A stretch of 59,553 nucleotides of DNA. Origin: Octopus sinensis (taxonomy: Eukaryota). The first letter of the stretch is position 1. Every line of letters begins with the position of its first letter. Under the pieces are notes generated by a model. The model was not told the DNA's origin. It did no database searches and saw nothing but the letters and a program-made list of their open reading frames with translations. This document shows, piece by piece, positions 1 through 15,000 of this stretch. The stretch spans positions 1 through 59,553 of the forward strand of contig NW_021834573.1 of the NCBI RefSeq assembly GCF_006345805.1, in the 5' to 3' direction. Made by a program: the position numbers and the translations under genes.

Positions 1-3000
1 AATTCCCCCTTCTGGAAGTTTCAATATTCCTTCTTCCCATTCCTTACATTCACCTTCATATCCCCCTCTCTGGAATGTTCATTATTCTTCCTCCAACTTC
101 CTCCCCTTCACCTTCAAATCCCCTTCTCTGGACTGTTCAATATTCTTATCCCCTTCCTCCCCTTCATCCTCAAATCCCCCTCTGGAGTGTTCAATATTCC
201 CTCCTCCTTTCCTCCCTTCACTTCAAATCCCCGTCACTGGAATGTTCAATATTCCTTCTTCCCATTCCTCCCATTTACCTTCAAATCCCCTCTCTGGAAT
301 GTCAATATTCCTTCCTCCATTCCCCCCTTCACCTTCAAATCCCCTCTCTGGAATGTTCTAATTCCGTCCTCCCCTTCCTCCTTTCACCTTCAAAACTCCC
401 TCTCTGGAATGTTCAATATTCCTTCTTCCATTCCTCCCCTTTACCTTCAAATCCCCTCTCTATGGAATTTTCAATATTCCTTCTTATTTTCCTCCCTTCA
501 CCTTCAATCCCCCTCTCTGGAATGTTGAATATTCCTTCCTCCCCTTCTTCCCTTCACCTTCAAAACCCCTCTATGGTAATGTTCAATATTTCTTCTTCCC
601 ATTCCTCCATTTACCTTGAAATCCCCCTCTCTGGATTGTTCAATATTCCTTCTTCCATCCTACCTTCACCTTCAAATCCCCTCTCTGGAATGTTCAATAT
701 TCCTTCTTCCTATTCCACCCTTTATTTTCAAATCCCCCTCTCTGGAATGTTCAATATTCCTTCTCCCATTCTCCACTTTACCTTCAAATCCCCTCTCTGG
801 AAGTACAATATTCCTTCTTCCCATCCTCCCCCTCACTTTCAAATCCCCTCTCTGGAATGTCCAATATCCTTCTTCCCATTCTCCCCTTACCTTCAAATCC
901 CCCTCTCTGGAATGTTCATTATTTCTTCTTCCATTACTTAAATTCACCTTCAAATCCCCTCTCTGGCATGTTCAGTATTCTTTTTCCCATTCCTCCTCTT
1001 CACCTTAAATTCCCCCTCTCTGGAATGTTCAATATTCCTTCTTCCCATTCCTCCCCTTTAACTTCAAATCCCCCTCTCTGGAATTTTCAATATTCCTTCC
1101 TCCCCTCCCCCCTTTCACCTTCAAATCCCCCTCTCTGGAATGTTCAATATTCCTTCCTCTACTTCCTCCCCTTCACCTTCAAATCCCCCTCTCTGGAATG
1201 TTTAATATTCCTTCTTCCCATTCCTCCCCTTTACCTTCAAATACCCCTCTCTGGAATGTTTAATATTCCTTCCTCCCCTTCCTCCCCTTCACCTTCAAAT
1301 CCCCTCTCTGGAATGTTCAATATTCCTTCCTCACCTTCCTCCCCTTTACCTTCAAATCCACCTCTCTGGAATGTTCAATATTCCTTCCTCCCCTTCACCT
1401 TCAAATCCCCCTCTCTGGAATGTTCAATATTCCTTCCTCCCCTTCCCCCTTCACCTTCAAATCCCCCTCTCTGGAATGTTCAATATTCCTTGCTCCCCTT
1501 CCACCCTTCACCTTCAAATCCCCTCTCTGGAATGTTCAACTCCTTCTTCCATTATTCCCCTTTACCTTCAAACCCCTCTCTGGAATGGTCAATATTACTT
1601 CCTCCCCTTCCTCCCCTTCACCTTCAAATCCCCCTCTCTGGAATGTTCACAATTTCCTCTCCCCTTCCTCCCATTCACCTTCAAAATCCCCATATCTGGA
1701 ATTCAACATTCCTATTCCCATTCCTCCCATTTACCTTCAAAACCCCCTCTTGGAATGTTCAATGTCCTTCTTCCCATTCCTTACGTTCACCTTCAAATAC
1801 CCCTTTCTGGAATGTTCAATATTCCTTCTTCCCATTCCTTACCTTCACCTTCAAATCCCCCTCTCTGGAATGTTCATTATTCCTTCCTCCCCTTCCTCCT
1901 TCACCTTTAAATCCCCTTCTCTGGAATGTTCAATATTCCTTCCTCCCCTTCCTCCCCTTCATACTCAAATCCCCCCTCTGGAGTGTTCAATATTCCCTCC
2001 TCCTTTCCCTCCCCTTCACCTTCAAATCCCCGTCACTGGAATGTTCAATATTCCTTCTTCCCATTCCTCCCCTTTACCTTCAAATCCCCCTCTCTGGAAT
2101 GTTCATTATTCCTTCCTCCCCTTCCCCCCTTCACCTTCAAATCCCCCTCTCTGGAATGTTCAATATTCCGTCCTCCCCTTCCTCCCTTTCACCTTCAAAA
2201 CTCCCTCTCTGGAATGTTCAATATTCCTTCGTCCCATTCCTCCCATTTACCTTCAAATCCCCCTCTCTGGAATGTTCATTATTCCTTCCTCCCATTCCCC
2301 CTTCACCTTCAAATCCCCCTCTCTGGAATGTTCAATATTCCGTCCTCCCCTTCCTCCCCTTCACCTTCAAAACTCCCTCTCTGGAATGTTCAATATTCCT
2401 TCGTCCCATTCCTCCCCTTTACCTTCAAATCCCCTCTCTCTGCAATTTTCATTATTCCTTCCTATCCTTCCTCCCCTTCACCTTCAAATCCCCTCTCTGG
2501 AATGTTGAATATTCCTTCCTCCCCTTCCTCCCCTTCACCTTCAAATCCCCCTCTCTGGAATGTTCAATATTTCTTCTTCCCATTCCTCCCCTTTACCTTG
2601 AAATCCCCCTCTCTGGAATGTTCAATATTCCTTCATCCCATTCCTTACCTTCACCTTGAAATCCCCCTCTCTGGAATGTTCAATATTCCTTCTTCCTATT
2701 CCACCCCTTTACCTTCAAATCCCCCTCTCTGGAATGTTCAATATTCCTTCTTCCCATTCCTCCACTTTACCTTCAAATCCCCCTCTCTGGAATGTACAAT
2801 ATTCCTTCTTCCCATTCCTCCCCTTCACCTTCAAATCCCCCTCTCCGGAATGTCCAATATTCCTTCTTCCCATTTCTCCCCTTTACCTTCAAATCCCCCT
2901 CTCTGGAATGTTCATTATTTATTCTTCCCATTCCTTACATTCACCTTCAAATCCCCCTCTCTGGAATGTTCAGTATTCCTACTTCCCATTCCTTACATTC

Positions 3001-6000
3001 ACCTTCAAATCCCCCTCTCTGGCATGTTCAATATTCCTTTTTCCCATTCCTCCCCTTTACCTTAAATTCCCCCTCTCTGGAATGTTCAATATTCCTTCTT
3101 CCCATTCCTCCCCTTTAACTTCAAATCCCCCTCTCTGGAATGTTCAATATTCCTTCCTCCCCTTCCCCCCTTCACCTTCAAATCCCCCTCTCTGGAATGT
3201 TCAATATTCCTTCCTCTACTTCCTCCCTCCACCTTCAAATCCCCCCTCTGGAATGTTCAATATTCCTTCCTACCCTTCCCCTTCACCTTCAAATCCCCCT
3301 CTCTGGAATGTTCAATATTCCTTGCTCCCCTTCCTCCCCTTCACCTTCAAATCCCCCTCTCTGGAATGTTCAATATTCCTTCCTCCCCTTCCTCCCCTTC
3401 ACCTTCATATCCCCCTCTCTGGAATGTTCAATATTCCTTCCTCCCCTTCCTCCCCTTTACCTTCAAATCCCCCTCTCTGGAATGTTCAAAATTCCTTCCT
3501 CCCCTTCACCTTCAAATCCCCCTCTCTGGAATGTTCAATATTCCTTCCTCCCCTTCCCCCCTTCACCTTCAAATCCCCCTCTCTGGAATGTTCAATATTC
3601 CTTGCTCCCCTTCCTCCCCTTCACCTTCAAATCCCCTCTCTGGAATGTTCAATATTCCCTCTTCCCATTCCTCCCCTTTACCTTCAAACCCCCTCTCTGG
3701 AATGGTCAATATTCCTTCCTCCCCTTCCTCCCCTTCACCTTCAAATCCCCCTCTCTGGAATGTTCAATATTCCTTCCTCCCCTTCCTACCCTTCACCTTC
3801 AAATCCCCTCTCTGGAATGTTCAACATTCCTTATTCCCTTCATCCCCTTTACCTTCAAAACCCCTCTGGAATGTTCAATATTCCTTCTTCCCATTCCTTA
3901 CGTTCACCTTCAAATACCCCTCTCTGGAATGTTCAATATTCCTTCTTCTCATTCTTACCTTCACCTTCAAATCCCCCTCTCTGGAATGTTCATTATTCCT
4001 TCCTCCCCTTCCTCCCCTTCACTTCAAATCCCCTTCTGGAATGTTCAATATTCCTTCCTCCCCTTCCTCCCCTTCATACTCAAATCCCCCTCTCTGGAGT
4101 GTTCAATATTCCTCCTCCTTTCCTTCCCCTTCACCTTCAAATCCCGTCACTGGAATGTTCAATATTCCTTCTTCCCATTCCTCCCATTTACTACAAACCC
4201 CTCTCTGGTATGTTCATTATTCCTTCCTCCCCTTCCCCCCTTCACCTTCAAATCCCCTCTCTGGAATGTTCATATCCGTTCCTCCCCTCCTCCCTTCACC
4301 TTCAAAGCTCCCTCTCTGGAATGTTCAATATTCCTTCTTCCCTTCCTCCCCTTTACCTTCAAATCCCTCTCTTTGGAATTTTCATTATTCCTTCATATCC
4401 TTCCTCCCCTTCACCTTCAAATCCCCCTCTCTGGAATGTTGAATATTCCTTCCTCCCCTTCTTCCCCTTCACCTTCAAATCCGCCTCTCTGGAATGTTCA
4501 ATATTTCTTCTTCCCATTCCTCCCCTTTACCTTGAAATCCCCCTCTCTGGAATGTTCAATATTCCTTCTTCCTATTCCTTACCTTCACCTTCAAATCCCC
4601 CTCTCTGGAATGTTCAATATTCCTTCTTCCTATTCACCCTTTACCTTCAAATCCCCTCTCTGGAATGTTCAATATTCTTCTTCCATTCCTCCCCTTACCT
4701 TCAAATCCCCCTCTCTGGAATGTTCAATATTCCTTCTTCCCATTCCTCCCCTTCACCTTCAAATCCCCTCTCTGGATTGTCCAATATTCCTTCTTCCCAT
4801 TCCTCCCCTTTACCTTCAAATCCCCCTTCTGGAATGTTCATTATTTCTTCTTCCCCTTCCTAACATTCACCTTCAAATCCCCCTCTCTGGAATGTTCAAT
4901 ATTTCCTTCCATCCCTTACAATCACCTTCAAATCCCCCTCTCTGCATGTTCAATATTCCTTTTTCCCATTCCTCCCCTTTACCTTAAATTCCCCCTCTCT
5001 GGAATGTTCAATATTCCTTCTTCCCATTCCTCCCCTTTAACTTCAAATCCCCCTCTCTGGAATGTTCAATATTCCTTCCTCCCCTTCCCCCCTTCACCTT
5101 CAAATCCCCCTCTCTGGAATGTTCAATATTCCTTCCTCTACTTCCTCCCCTTCACCTTCAAATCCCCCTCTCTGGAATGTTCAATATTCCTTCTTCCCAT
5201 TCCTCCCCTTTACCTTCAAATACCCCTCTCTGGAATGTTCAATATTCCTTCCTCCCCTTCCTCCCCTTCACCTTCAAATCCATCTCTCTGGAATGTACAA
5301 TATTCCTTCCTCCCCTTCCTTCCCTTCACCTTCAAATCCCCCTCTCTGGAATGTTCAAAATTCCTTCCTCCCCTTCACCTTCAAATCCCCCTCTCTGGAT
5401 GTTCAATATTCCTTCCTCCCCCCCTTCCCCTTCACCTTCAAATCCCCCTCTCTGGAATGTTCAATATTCCTTGCTCCCCTTCCTCCCCTTCACCTTCAAA
5501 TCCCCTCTCTGGAATGTTCAATATTCCTTCTTCCCATTCCTCCCTTTACCTTCAAATCCCCCTCTCTGGAATGTTCAATATTCCTTCCTCCCCTTCCTCC
5601 CCTTCACCTTCAAATCCCCCTCTCTGGAATGTTCAATATTCCTTCCTCCCCTTCCTCCCCTTTACCTTCAAATCCCCCTCTCTGGAATGTTCAATATTCC
5701 TTCCTCCCCTTCCTCCCCTTCACCTTCAAATCCCCCTCTCTGGAATGTTCAATATTCCTTCTTCCCATCCCTTCCTCTTTACCTTCAAATCCCCCTCTCG
5801 AATGTTCAATATTCCTTCTTCCATTCCTTCCCTCTTCACTTCAAATCCCCCTCTCTGGGAATGTTCAATATTCCTTCTTCCCCTTCCCCACTTCACCTTC
5901 AAATCCCCCTCTCTGCAATGTTCAATATTCCTTCTTCCCATTCCTCCACTTTACCTTCAAACCCCCTCTCTGGAATGGTCAATATTCCTTCCTCCCCTTC

Positions 6001-9000
6001 CTCCCCTTCACCTTCAAATCCCCCTCTCTGGAATGTTCAATATTACTTCCTCCCCTTCACCTTCAAATCCCCTATCTGGAATGTTCAATATTCCTTCCAC
6101 CCCTTCCCCCTTCACCTTCAAATCCCCCTCTCTGGAATGGTCAATATTCCTTCCTCCCCTTCCTCCCCTTCACCTTCAAATCCCCCTCTCTGGAATGTTC
6201 AATATTCCTTCCTCCCCTTCCTCCCCTTCACCTTCAAATCCCCCTCTCTGGAATGTTCAATATTCCTTCCTCCCATTCCTCCCCTTTACCTTCAAATCCC
6301 CCCCCCTCTGAATGTTCAATATTCCTTCTCCCTTCCTCCACTTTACCTTCAAATCCCCCTCTCTGGAATGTTCAATATTCCTTCCTTCCCTTCCCCCCTT
6401 CACCTTCAATCTCCCTCTCTGGAATGTTCAATATTCCTTCTCCCCTTCTCCCATTTACCTTCAAACCCCCTCTCTGGAATGTTCAATATTTCTTCTTCCT
6501 TCCTTCTTCCCTTCCTTACTTCATCAATCCCCTCTCTGGAATGTTCAATATTCCTCCTTCCTCCCCTTCCTTCCATTCACCTTCAAATCCCCCTCTCTGG
6601 CATGTCAATATTCCTTTTTCCCATTCCTCCCCTTCACCTTAAATCCCCCTCTCTGGAATGTTCAATATTCTTTCTTCCCATTCCTCCCCTTTACCTTCAA
6701 TCCCCCCTCTGGAATGTTCAATATTCCTTCCTCCCCTTCCTCCCCTTCACCTTCAAATCCCCCTCTCTGGAATGTTCAATATTCCTTCCTCCCCTTCCTC
6801 CCCTTCACCTTCAAATCCCCCTCTCTGGAATGTTCAATATTCTTCTTCCCCCCTTCCTCCCCTTTACCTCAAATCCCCTCTCTGGAATGTTCAATATTCC
6901 TTCCTCCCCTTCCTCCCCTTCACCTTCAAATCCCCCTCTCTGGAATGTTCAATATTCCTTCCTCCCTTCCTCCCCTTCACCTTCAAATCCCCCTCTCTGG
7001 AATGTTCAATATTCCTTCCTCCCCTTCCTCCCCTTCACCTTCAAATCCCCCTCTCTGGAATGTTCAATATTCCTTCCTCCCCTTCCTCCCCTTCACCTTC
7101 AAATCCCCTCTCTGGAATGTTCAATATTCCTTCCTCCCCTTCCTCCCCTTTACCTTCAAATCCCCCTCTCTGGAATGTTCAATATTACTTCCTCCCCTTC
7201 ACCTTCAAATCCCCCTCTCTGGAATGTTCAATATTCCTTCCTCCCCTTCCCCCTTCACCTTCAAATCCCCTCTCTGGAATGTTCAATATTCCCTCTTCCC
7301 ATTCCTCCCCTTTACCTTCAAACCCCCTCTCTGGTATGGTCAATATTCCTTCCTCCCCTTCCTACCCTTCACCTTCAAATCCCCCTCTCTGTAAAGATCA
7401 ATATTCCTTCTTCCCATTCCTCCACTTTACCTTCAAATCCCCCTCTCTGGAATGTACAATATTCTTTCTTCCCATTCCTCCCCTTCACCTTCAAATCCCC
7501 CTCTCTGGAATGTCCAATATTCCTTCTTCCCATTTCTCCCCTTTACCTTCAAATCCCCCTCTCTGGAATGTTCATTATTTCTTCTTCCCATTCCTTACAT
7601 TCACCTTCAAATCCCCCTCTCTGGAATGTTCAATATTCCTTCTTCCCATTCCTCCCCTTCACCTTCAAATCCCCCTCTCTGGAATGTTCAATATTCCTTC
7701 CTCCCCTTCCTCCCCTTTACCGTCAAATCCCCCTCTCTGGAATGTTCAAAATTCCTTCCTCCCCTTCACCTTCAAATCCCCCTCTCTGGAATGTTCAATA
7801 TTCCTTCCTCCCCTTCCCCCTTCACCTTCAAATCCCCCTCTCTGGAATGTTCAATATTCCTTGCTCCCCTTCCTCCCCTTCACCTTCAAATCCCCCTCTC
7901 TGGAATGTTCAATATTCCTTCCTCCCCTTCCTCCCCTTCACCTTCATATCCCCCTCTCTGGAATGTTCAATATTCCTTCCTCCCCTTCCTCCCCTTTACC
8001 TTCAAATCCCCCTCTCTGGAATGTTCAAAATTCCTTCCTCCCCTTCACCTTCAAATCCCCCTCTCTGGAATGTTTAATATTCCTTGCTCCCCTTCCTCCC
8101 CTTCACCTTCAAATCCCCTCTCTGGAATGTTGAATATTCCCTCTGCCCATTTACCTTGAAATCCACCTCTCTGGAATGTTCAATATTCATTCTTCTCATT
8201 CCTCCCCTTTACCTTCAAATCCCCCTCTCTGGAATGTTCAATATTCCTTCTTCCCATTCCTTACATTCACCTTCAATTCCCCCTCTCTGGAATGTTCAAT
8301 ATTCCTTCTTCCCATTCCTTACCTTCACCTTCATATCCCCCTCTCTGGAATGTTCATTATTCCTTCCTCCACTTCCTCCCCTTCACCTTTCAAATCCCCT
8401 CTCTGGAATGTTCAATATTCCTTCCTCCCCTTCCTCCCCTTCATACTCAAATCCCCCCTCTGGTGTTCAATATTCCTCCTCCTTTCCCTCCCCTTCACCT
8501 TCAAATCCCCGTCACTGGAATGTTCAATATTCCTTCTCTCCCCATTCCTCCCATTTACCTTCAAATCCCCCTCTCTGGAATGTTCATTATTCCTTCCTCC
8601 CTTCCCCCCTTCACCTTCAAATCCCCCTCTCTGGAATGTTCTATATTCCGTCCTCCCCTTCCTCCCTCCCTTTCACCTTCAAATCCCTCTCTGGAATGTT
8701 CAATATTCCTTCTTCCCATTCCTCCCCTTTACCTTCAAATCCCTCTCTCTGGAATTTTCAATATTCCTTCCTATTCTCCTCCCCTTCACCTTCAAATCCC
8801 CCTCTCTGGAATGTTGAATATTCCTTCCTCCCCTTCTTCCCCTTCACCTTCAAAACCCCTCTCTGTAATGTTCAATATTTCTTCTTCCCATTCCTCCACT
8901 TTACCTTGAAATCCCCCTCTCTGGATTGTTCAATATTCCTTCTTCCCATTCCTTACCTTCACCTTCAAATCCCCCTCTCTGGAATGTTCAATATTCCTTC

Positions 9001-12000
9001 TTCCTATTCCACCCCTTTATTTTCAAATCCCCCTCTCTGGAATGTTCAATATTCCTTCTTCCCATTCCTCCACTTTACCTTCAAATCCCCCTCTCTGGAA
9101 TGTACAATATTCCTTCTTCCCATTCCTCCCCTTCACTTCAAATCCCCCTCTCTGGAATGTCCAATATTCCTTCTTCCCATTTCTCCCCTTTACCTTCAAA
9201 TCCCCCTCTCTGGAATGTTCATTATTTCTTCTTCCCATTACTTACATTCACCTTCAAATCCCCCTCTCTGGCATGTTCAGTATTCCTTTTTCCCATTCCT
9301 CCTCTTCACCTTAAATTCCCCCTCTCTGGAATGTTCAATATTCCTTCTTCCCATTCCTCCCCTTTAACTTCAAATCCCCCTCTCTGGAATTTTCAATATT
9401 CCTTCCTCCCCTCCCCCCTTTCACCTTCAAATCCCCCTCTCTGGAATGTTCAATATTCCTTCCTCTACTTCCTCCCCTTCACCTTCAAATCCCCCTCTCT
9501 GGAATGTTTAATATTCCTTCTTCCCATTCCTCCCCTTTACCTTCAAATACCCCTCTCTGGAATGTTTAATATTCCTTCCTCCCCTTCCTCCCCTTCACCT
9601 TCAAATCCCCCTCTCTGGAATGTTCAATATTCCTTCCTCACCTTCCTCCCCTTTACCTTCAAATCCACCTCTCTGGAATGTTCAATATTCCTTCCTCCCC
9701 TTCACCTTCAAATCCCCCTCTCTGGAATGTTCAATATTCCTTCCTCCCCTTCCCCCTTCACCTTCAAATCCCCCTCTCTGGAATGTTCAATATTCCTTGC
9801 TCCCCTTCCACCCTTCACCTTCAAATCCCCTCTCTGGAATGTTCAACTCCTTCTTCCATTATTCCCCTTTACCTTCAAACCCCTCTCTGGAATGGTCAAT
9901 ATTACTTCCTCCCCTTCCTCCCCTTCACCTTCAAATCCCCCTCTCTGGAATGTTCACAATTTCCTCTCCCCTTCCTCCCATTCACCTTCAAAATCCCCAT
10001 ATCTGGAATTCAACATTCCTATTCCCATTCCTCCCATTTACCTTCAAAACCCCCTCTTGGAATGTTCAATGTCCTTCTTCCCATTCCTTACGTTCACCTT
10101 CAAATACCCCTTTCTGGAATGTTCAATATTCCTTCTCCCATTCCTTACCTTCACCTTCAAATCCCCCTCTCTGGAATGTTCATTATTCCTTCCTCCCCTT
10201 CCTCCCCTTCACCTTTAAATCCCCTTCTCTGGAATGTTCAATATTCCTTCCTCCCTTTCCTCCCCTTCATACTCAAATCCCCCCTCTGGAGTGTTCAATA
10301 TTCCCTCCTCCTTTCCCTCCCCTTCACCTTCAAATCCCCGTCACTGGAATGTTCAATATTCCTTCTTCCCATTCCTCCCCTTTACCTTCAAATCCCCCTC
10401 TCTGGAATGTTCATTATTCCTTCCTCCCCTTCCCCCCTTCACCTTCAAATCCCCCTCTCTGGAATGTTCAATATTCCGTCCTCCCCTTCCTCCCTTTCAC
10501 CTTCAAAACTCCCTCTCTGGAATGTTCAATATTCCTTCGTCCCATTCCTCCCATTTACCTTCAAATCCCCCTCTCTGGAATGTTCATTATTCCTTCCTCC
10601 CCTTCCCCCTTCACCTTCAAATCCCCCTCTCTGGAATGTTCAATATTCCGTCCTCCCCTTCCTCCCTTTCACCTTCAAAACTCCCTCTCTGGAATGTTCA
10701 ATATTCCTTCTTCCCATTCCTCCCCTTTACCTTCAAATCCCTCTCTTTGGAATTTTCATTATTCCTTCCTATCCTTCCTCCCCTTCACCTTCAAATCCCC
10801 CTCTCTGGAATGTTGAATATTCCTTCCTCCCCTTCCTCCCCTTCACCTTCAAATCCCCCTCTCTGGAATGTTCAATATTTCTTCTTCCCATTCCTCCCCT
10901 TTACCTTGAAATCCCCCTCTCTGGAATGTTCAATATTCCTTCATCCCATTCCTTACCTTCACCTTGAAATCCCCCTCTCTGGAATGTTCAATATTCCTTC
11001 TTCCTATTCCACCCCTTTACCTTCAAATCCCCCTCTCTGGAATGTTCAATATTCCTTCTTCCCATTCCTCCACTTTACCTTCAAATCCCCCTCTCTGGAA
11101 TGTACAATATTCCTTCTTCCCATTCCTCCCCTTCACCTTCAAATCCCCCTCTCCGGAATGTCCAATATTCCTTCTTCCCATTTCTCCCCTTTACCTTCAA
11201 ATCCCCCTCTCTGGAATGTTCATTATTTATTCTTCTCATTCCTTACATTCACCTTCAAATCCCCCTCTCTGGAATGTTCAGTATTCCTACTTCCCATTCC
11301 TTACATTCACCTTCAAATCCCCCTCTCTGGCATGTTCAATATTACTTTTTCCCATTCCTCCCCTTTACCTTAAATTCCCCCTCTCTGGAATGTTCAATAT
11401 TCCTTCTTCCCATTCCTCCCCTTTAACTTCAAATCCCCCTCTCTGGAATGTTCAATATTCCTTCCTCCCCTTCCCCCCTTCACCTTCAAATCCCCCTCTC
11501 TGGAATGTTCAATATTCCTTCCTCTACTTCCTCCCCTCCACCTTCAAATCCCCCCCTCTGGAATGTTCAATATTCCTTCCTACCCTTCCCCCTTCACCTT
11601 CAAATCCCCCTCTCTGGAATGTTCAATATTCCTTGCTCCCCTTCCTCCCCTTCACCTTCAAATCCCCCTCTCTGGAATGTTCAATATTCCTTCCTCCCCT
11701 TCCTCCCCTTCACCTTCATATCCCCCTCTCTGGAATGTTCAATATTCCTTCCTCCCCTTCCTCCCCTTTACCTTCAAATCCCCCTCTCTGGAATGTTCAA
11801 TATTCCTTCCTCCCCTTCACCTTCAAATCCCCCTCTCTGGAATGTTCAATATTCCTTCCTCCCCTTCACCTTCAAATCCCCCTCTCTGGAATGTTCAATA
11901 TTCCTTGCTCCCCTTCCTCCCCTTCACCTTCAAATCCCCTCTCTGGAATGTTCAATATTCCCTCTTCCCATTCCTCCCCTTTACCTTCAAACCCCCTCTC

Positions 12001-15000
12001 TGGAATGGTCAATATTCCTTCCTCTCCTTCAAATCCCCCTCTCTGGAATGTTCAATATTCCTTCTCCCATTCCTCCCTTCACCTTCAAATCCCCCTCTCT
12101 GGAATGTTCAATATTCCTTATTCCCATTTTCTCCCATTTACCTTCAAAACCCCCTCTCTGGAATGTTCAATATTCCTTCTTCCCATTCCTTCCGTTCACC
12201 TTCAAATCCCCTCTCTGGAATGTTCAATATTCCTTCTTCCATTCCTTACCTTACCTTCAAATCCCCCTCTCTGGAATGTTCATTATTCTTCCTCCCTCCT
12301 CCCTTCATACTCAAATTCCCCTCTCTGGAGTGTTCAATATTCCCTCCTCCTTTCCTCCCCTTTAACTTCAAATCCCCTCTCTGGAATGTTCAATATTCCT
12401 CATCCCTTCCCCCCTTCACCTTCAAATCCCCCTCTCTGGAATGTTCAATATTCCTTCCTCTACTTCCTCCCCTTCACCTTCAAATCCCCCTCTCTGGAAT
12501 GTTCAATATTCCTTCTTCCCATTCCTCCCCTTTACCTTCAAATACCCCTCTCTGGAATGTTCAATATTCCTTCCTCCCCTTCCTCCCCTTCACCTTCAAA
12601 TCCATCTCTCTGGAATGTTCAATATTCCTTCCTCCCCTTCCTTCCCTTCACCTTCAAATCCCCCTCTCTGGAATGTTCAATATTCCTTCCTCCCCTTCCT
12701 CCCCTTCACCTTCAAATCCCCCTCTCTGGAATGTTCAATATTCCTTCCTCCCCTTCCTCCCCTTCACCTTCAAATCCCCCTCTCTGGAATGTTCAATATT
12801 CCTTCCTCCCCTTTACTTCAAATCCCCCCTCTCTGGAATGTTCAATATTCCTTCCTCCCCTTCACCTTCAAATCCCCCTCTCTGGAATGTTCAATATTCC
12901 TTCCTCCCCTTCCACCTTCACCTTCAAATCCCCCTCTCTGGAATGTTCAATATTCCTTTCTCCCCTTCCTCCCCTTCACCTTCAAATCCCCTCTCTGGAA
13001 TGTTCAATATTCCTTCTTCCCATTCCCCCCTTTACCTTCAAACCCCCTCTCATGAATGGTTAATATTCCTTCCTCCCCTTCCTCCCCTTCAGCTTCAAAT
13101 CCCCCTCTCTGGAATGTTCAATATTCCTTTCTCCCCTTCCTCCCCTTCACCTTCAATTCCCCATCTCTGGAATGTTCAACATTCCTTCTTCCCATTCCTC
13201 CCCATTACCTTCAAAACCCCCTCTCTGGAATGTTCAATATTCCTTCTTCCCCATTCCACGTTCACCTTCAAAAACCCCTCTCTGGAATGTTCAATATTCA
13301 TTCTTCCCATTCCTTACTTCACCTTCAAATCCCCCTCTCTGGAATGTTCAATATTCCTTCTTTCGATTCCTCCCCTTTACCTTGAAATCCCCCTCTCTGG
13401 AATGTTCAATATTCCTTCATCCCATTCCTCCCCTTTACCTTAAATCCCCCTCTCTGGAATGTTCAATATTCCTTCTTCCCATTCCTCCCCTTTACCTTTA
13501 AATCCCCCTCTCTGGAATGTTCAATATTACCTGTTCCCCTCGCTCCCCTTTACCTTGAAATCTCCCTCTCTGGAATGTTCAATATTCCTTCTTCCCATTC
13601 CTCCCCTTTACCTTCAAATCCCCCAATGGAATGTTCAGTATTCCTCGTTCCCATTCCTCCCCTTTACCTTCAAATCCCCCTCTCTGGAATGATCAATATT
13701 CCTTCTTCCCATTCCTCCCCTTTATCTTCAAATCCTTCTCTCTGGAATGTTCAATATTCCTTCTTCCCATTCCTCCCCATTACCTTCAAATCCCCCTCGC
13801 TGGAATGTTCAATATTCCTTTCCATGCTCCCCTTTACCTTCAAATCCCCTCTCTGGAATGTTCAATATTCCTTCTTCCATTCCTCCCCTTCACCTTCAAA
13901 TCCCCTCTCTGGAATGTTCAATATTCCTTTTCCCATTTTTACCTTCACCTTCAAATCCCCCTCTCTGAATGTTAATATTCCTTATCCCATTCCTCCCTTT
14001 ACCTTCAAATCCCCCCTCTCGGAACGTTCAATATTCCTTCTTATCCTTCCTCCCCTTCACCTTCAAATCCCCTCTCTTAAATGTTCAATATCCTTCTTCC
14101 CATTCCTACCCTTTACTTGAAATCCCCTCTCTGGAATGTTCAATATTCCTTCTTTACATTCCTCCTACTTCACCTTCAAATCCCCTCTCTGGAATGTTCA
14201 ATATTCCTTCTTCCCATTCCTTACCTTCACCTTCAAATCCCCTCTCTGGAATGTTCAATATTCTTTCTTCCCATTCTTACCTTCACCTTCAAATTCCCCT
14301 CTCTGGAATGTTCAATATTCCTTTTCCCATTCCTTCCTTCACCTTCAAATCCCTTTCTCTGGAATGTTCAATATTCCTTCCTCCCCATTTTCCCCATTCA
14401 AATCCCCCTCTGGAATGTTCAATATTCCTTCTCCCATTCCTCCCCTTTACCTTCAAATTCCCCTCTCTGGAATGTTCAATATTCATTCCTCCACTTCCTT
14501 CACCTTCAAATCCCCTCTCTGGAATGTTCAATATTCCTTCCTCGCCTCCTCCCCTTCACCTTCAAATCACCTCTCTGGAATGTTCAATATTCCTCTCCCT
14601 TCCCCCCTTCACCTTCAAATCCCCCCTCTGGAATGTTCAATATTCCTTCTTCCCATTCCTACCCTCACCTTCAAATCCCCTCTCTGGAATGTTCAATATT
14701 CCTTTTTCCATTCCTCCCCTACCTTCAAATCCCCCTCTCTGGAATGTTCAAATTCCTTCTTCCCATTCTTCCCACTTCACCTTCAAATCCCCCTCTCTGG
14801 AATGTTCAATATTCCTTCTTCCCATTTCTTACCTTCACCTTCAAATCCCCCTCTCTGAAATGTTCAATATTCCTTTTCCCATTCCTACCTTTACCTTCAA
14901 ATCCCCCTCTCTGGAATGTTCAATATTCCTTCTTTACATTCCTCTACTTCACCTTCAAATCCCCCTCTCTGAATGTTCAATATCCTTCTTCCCATTCCTT

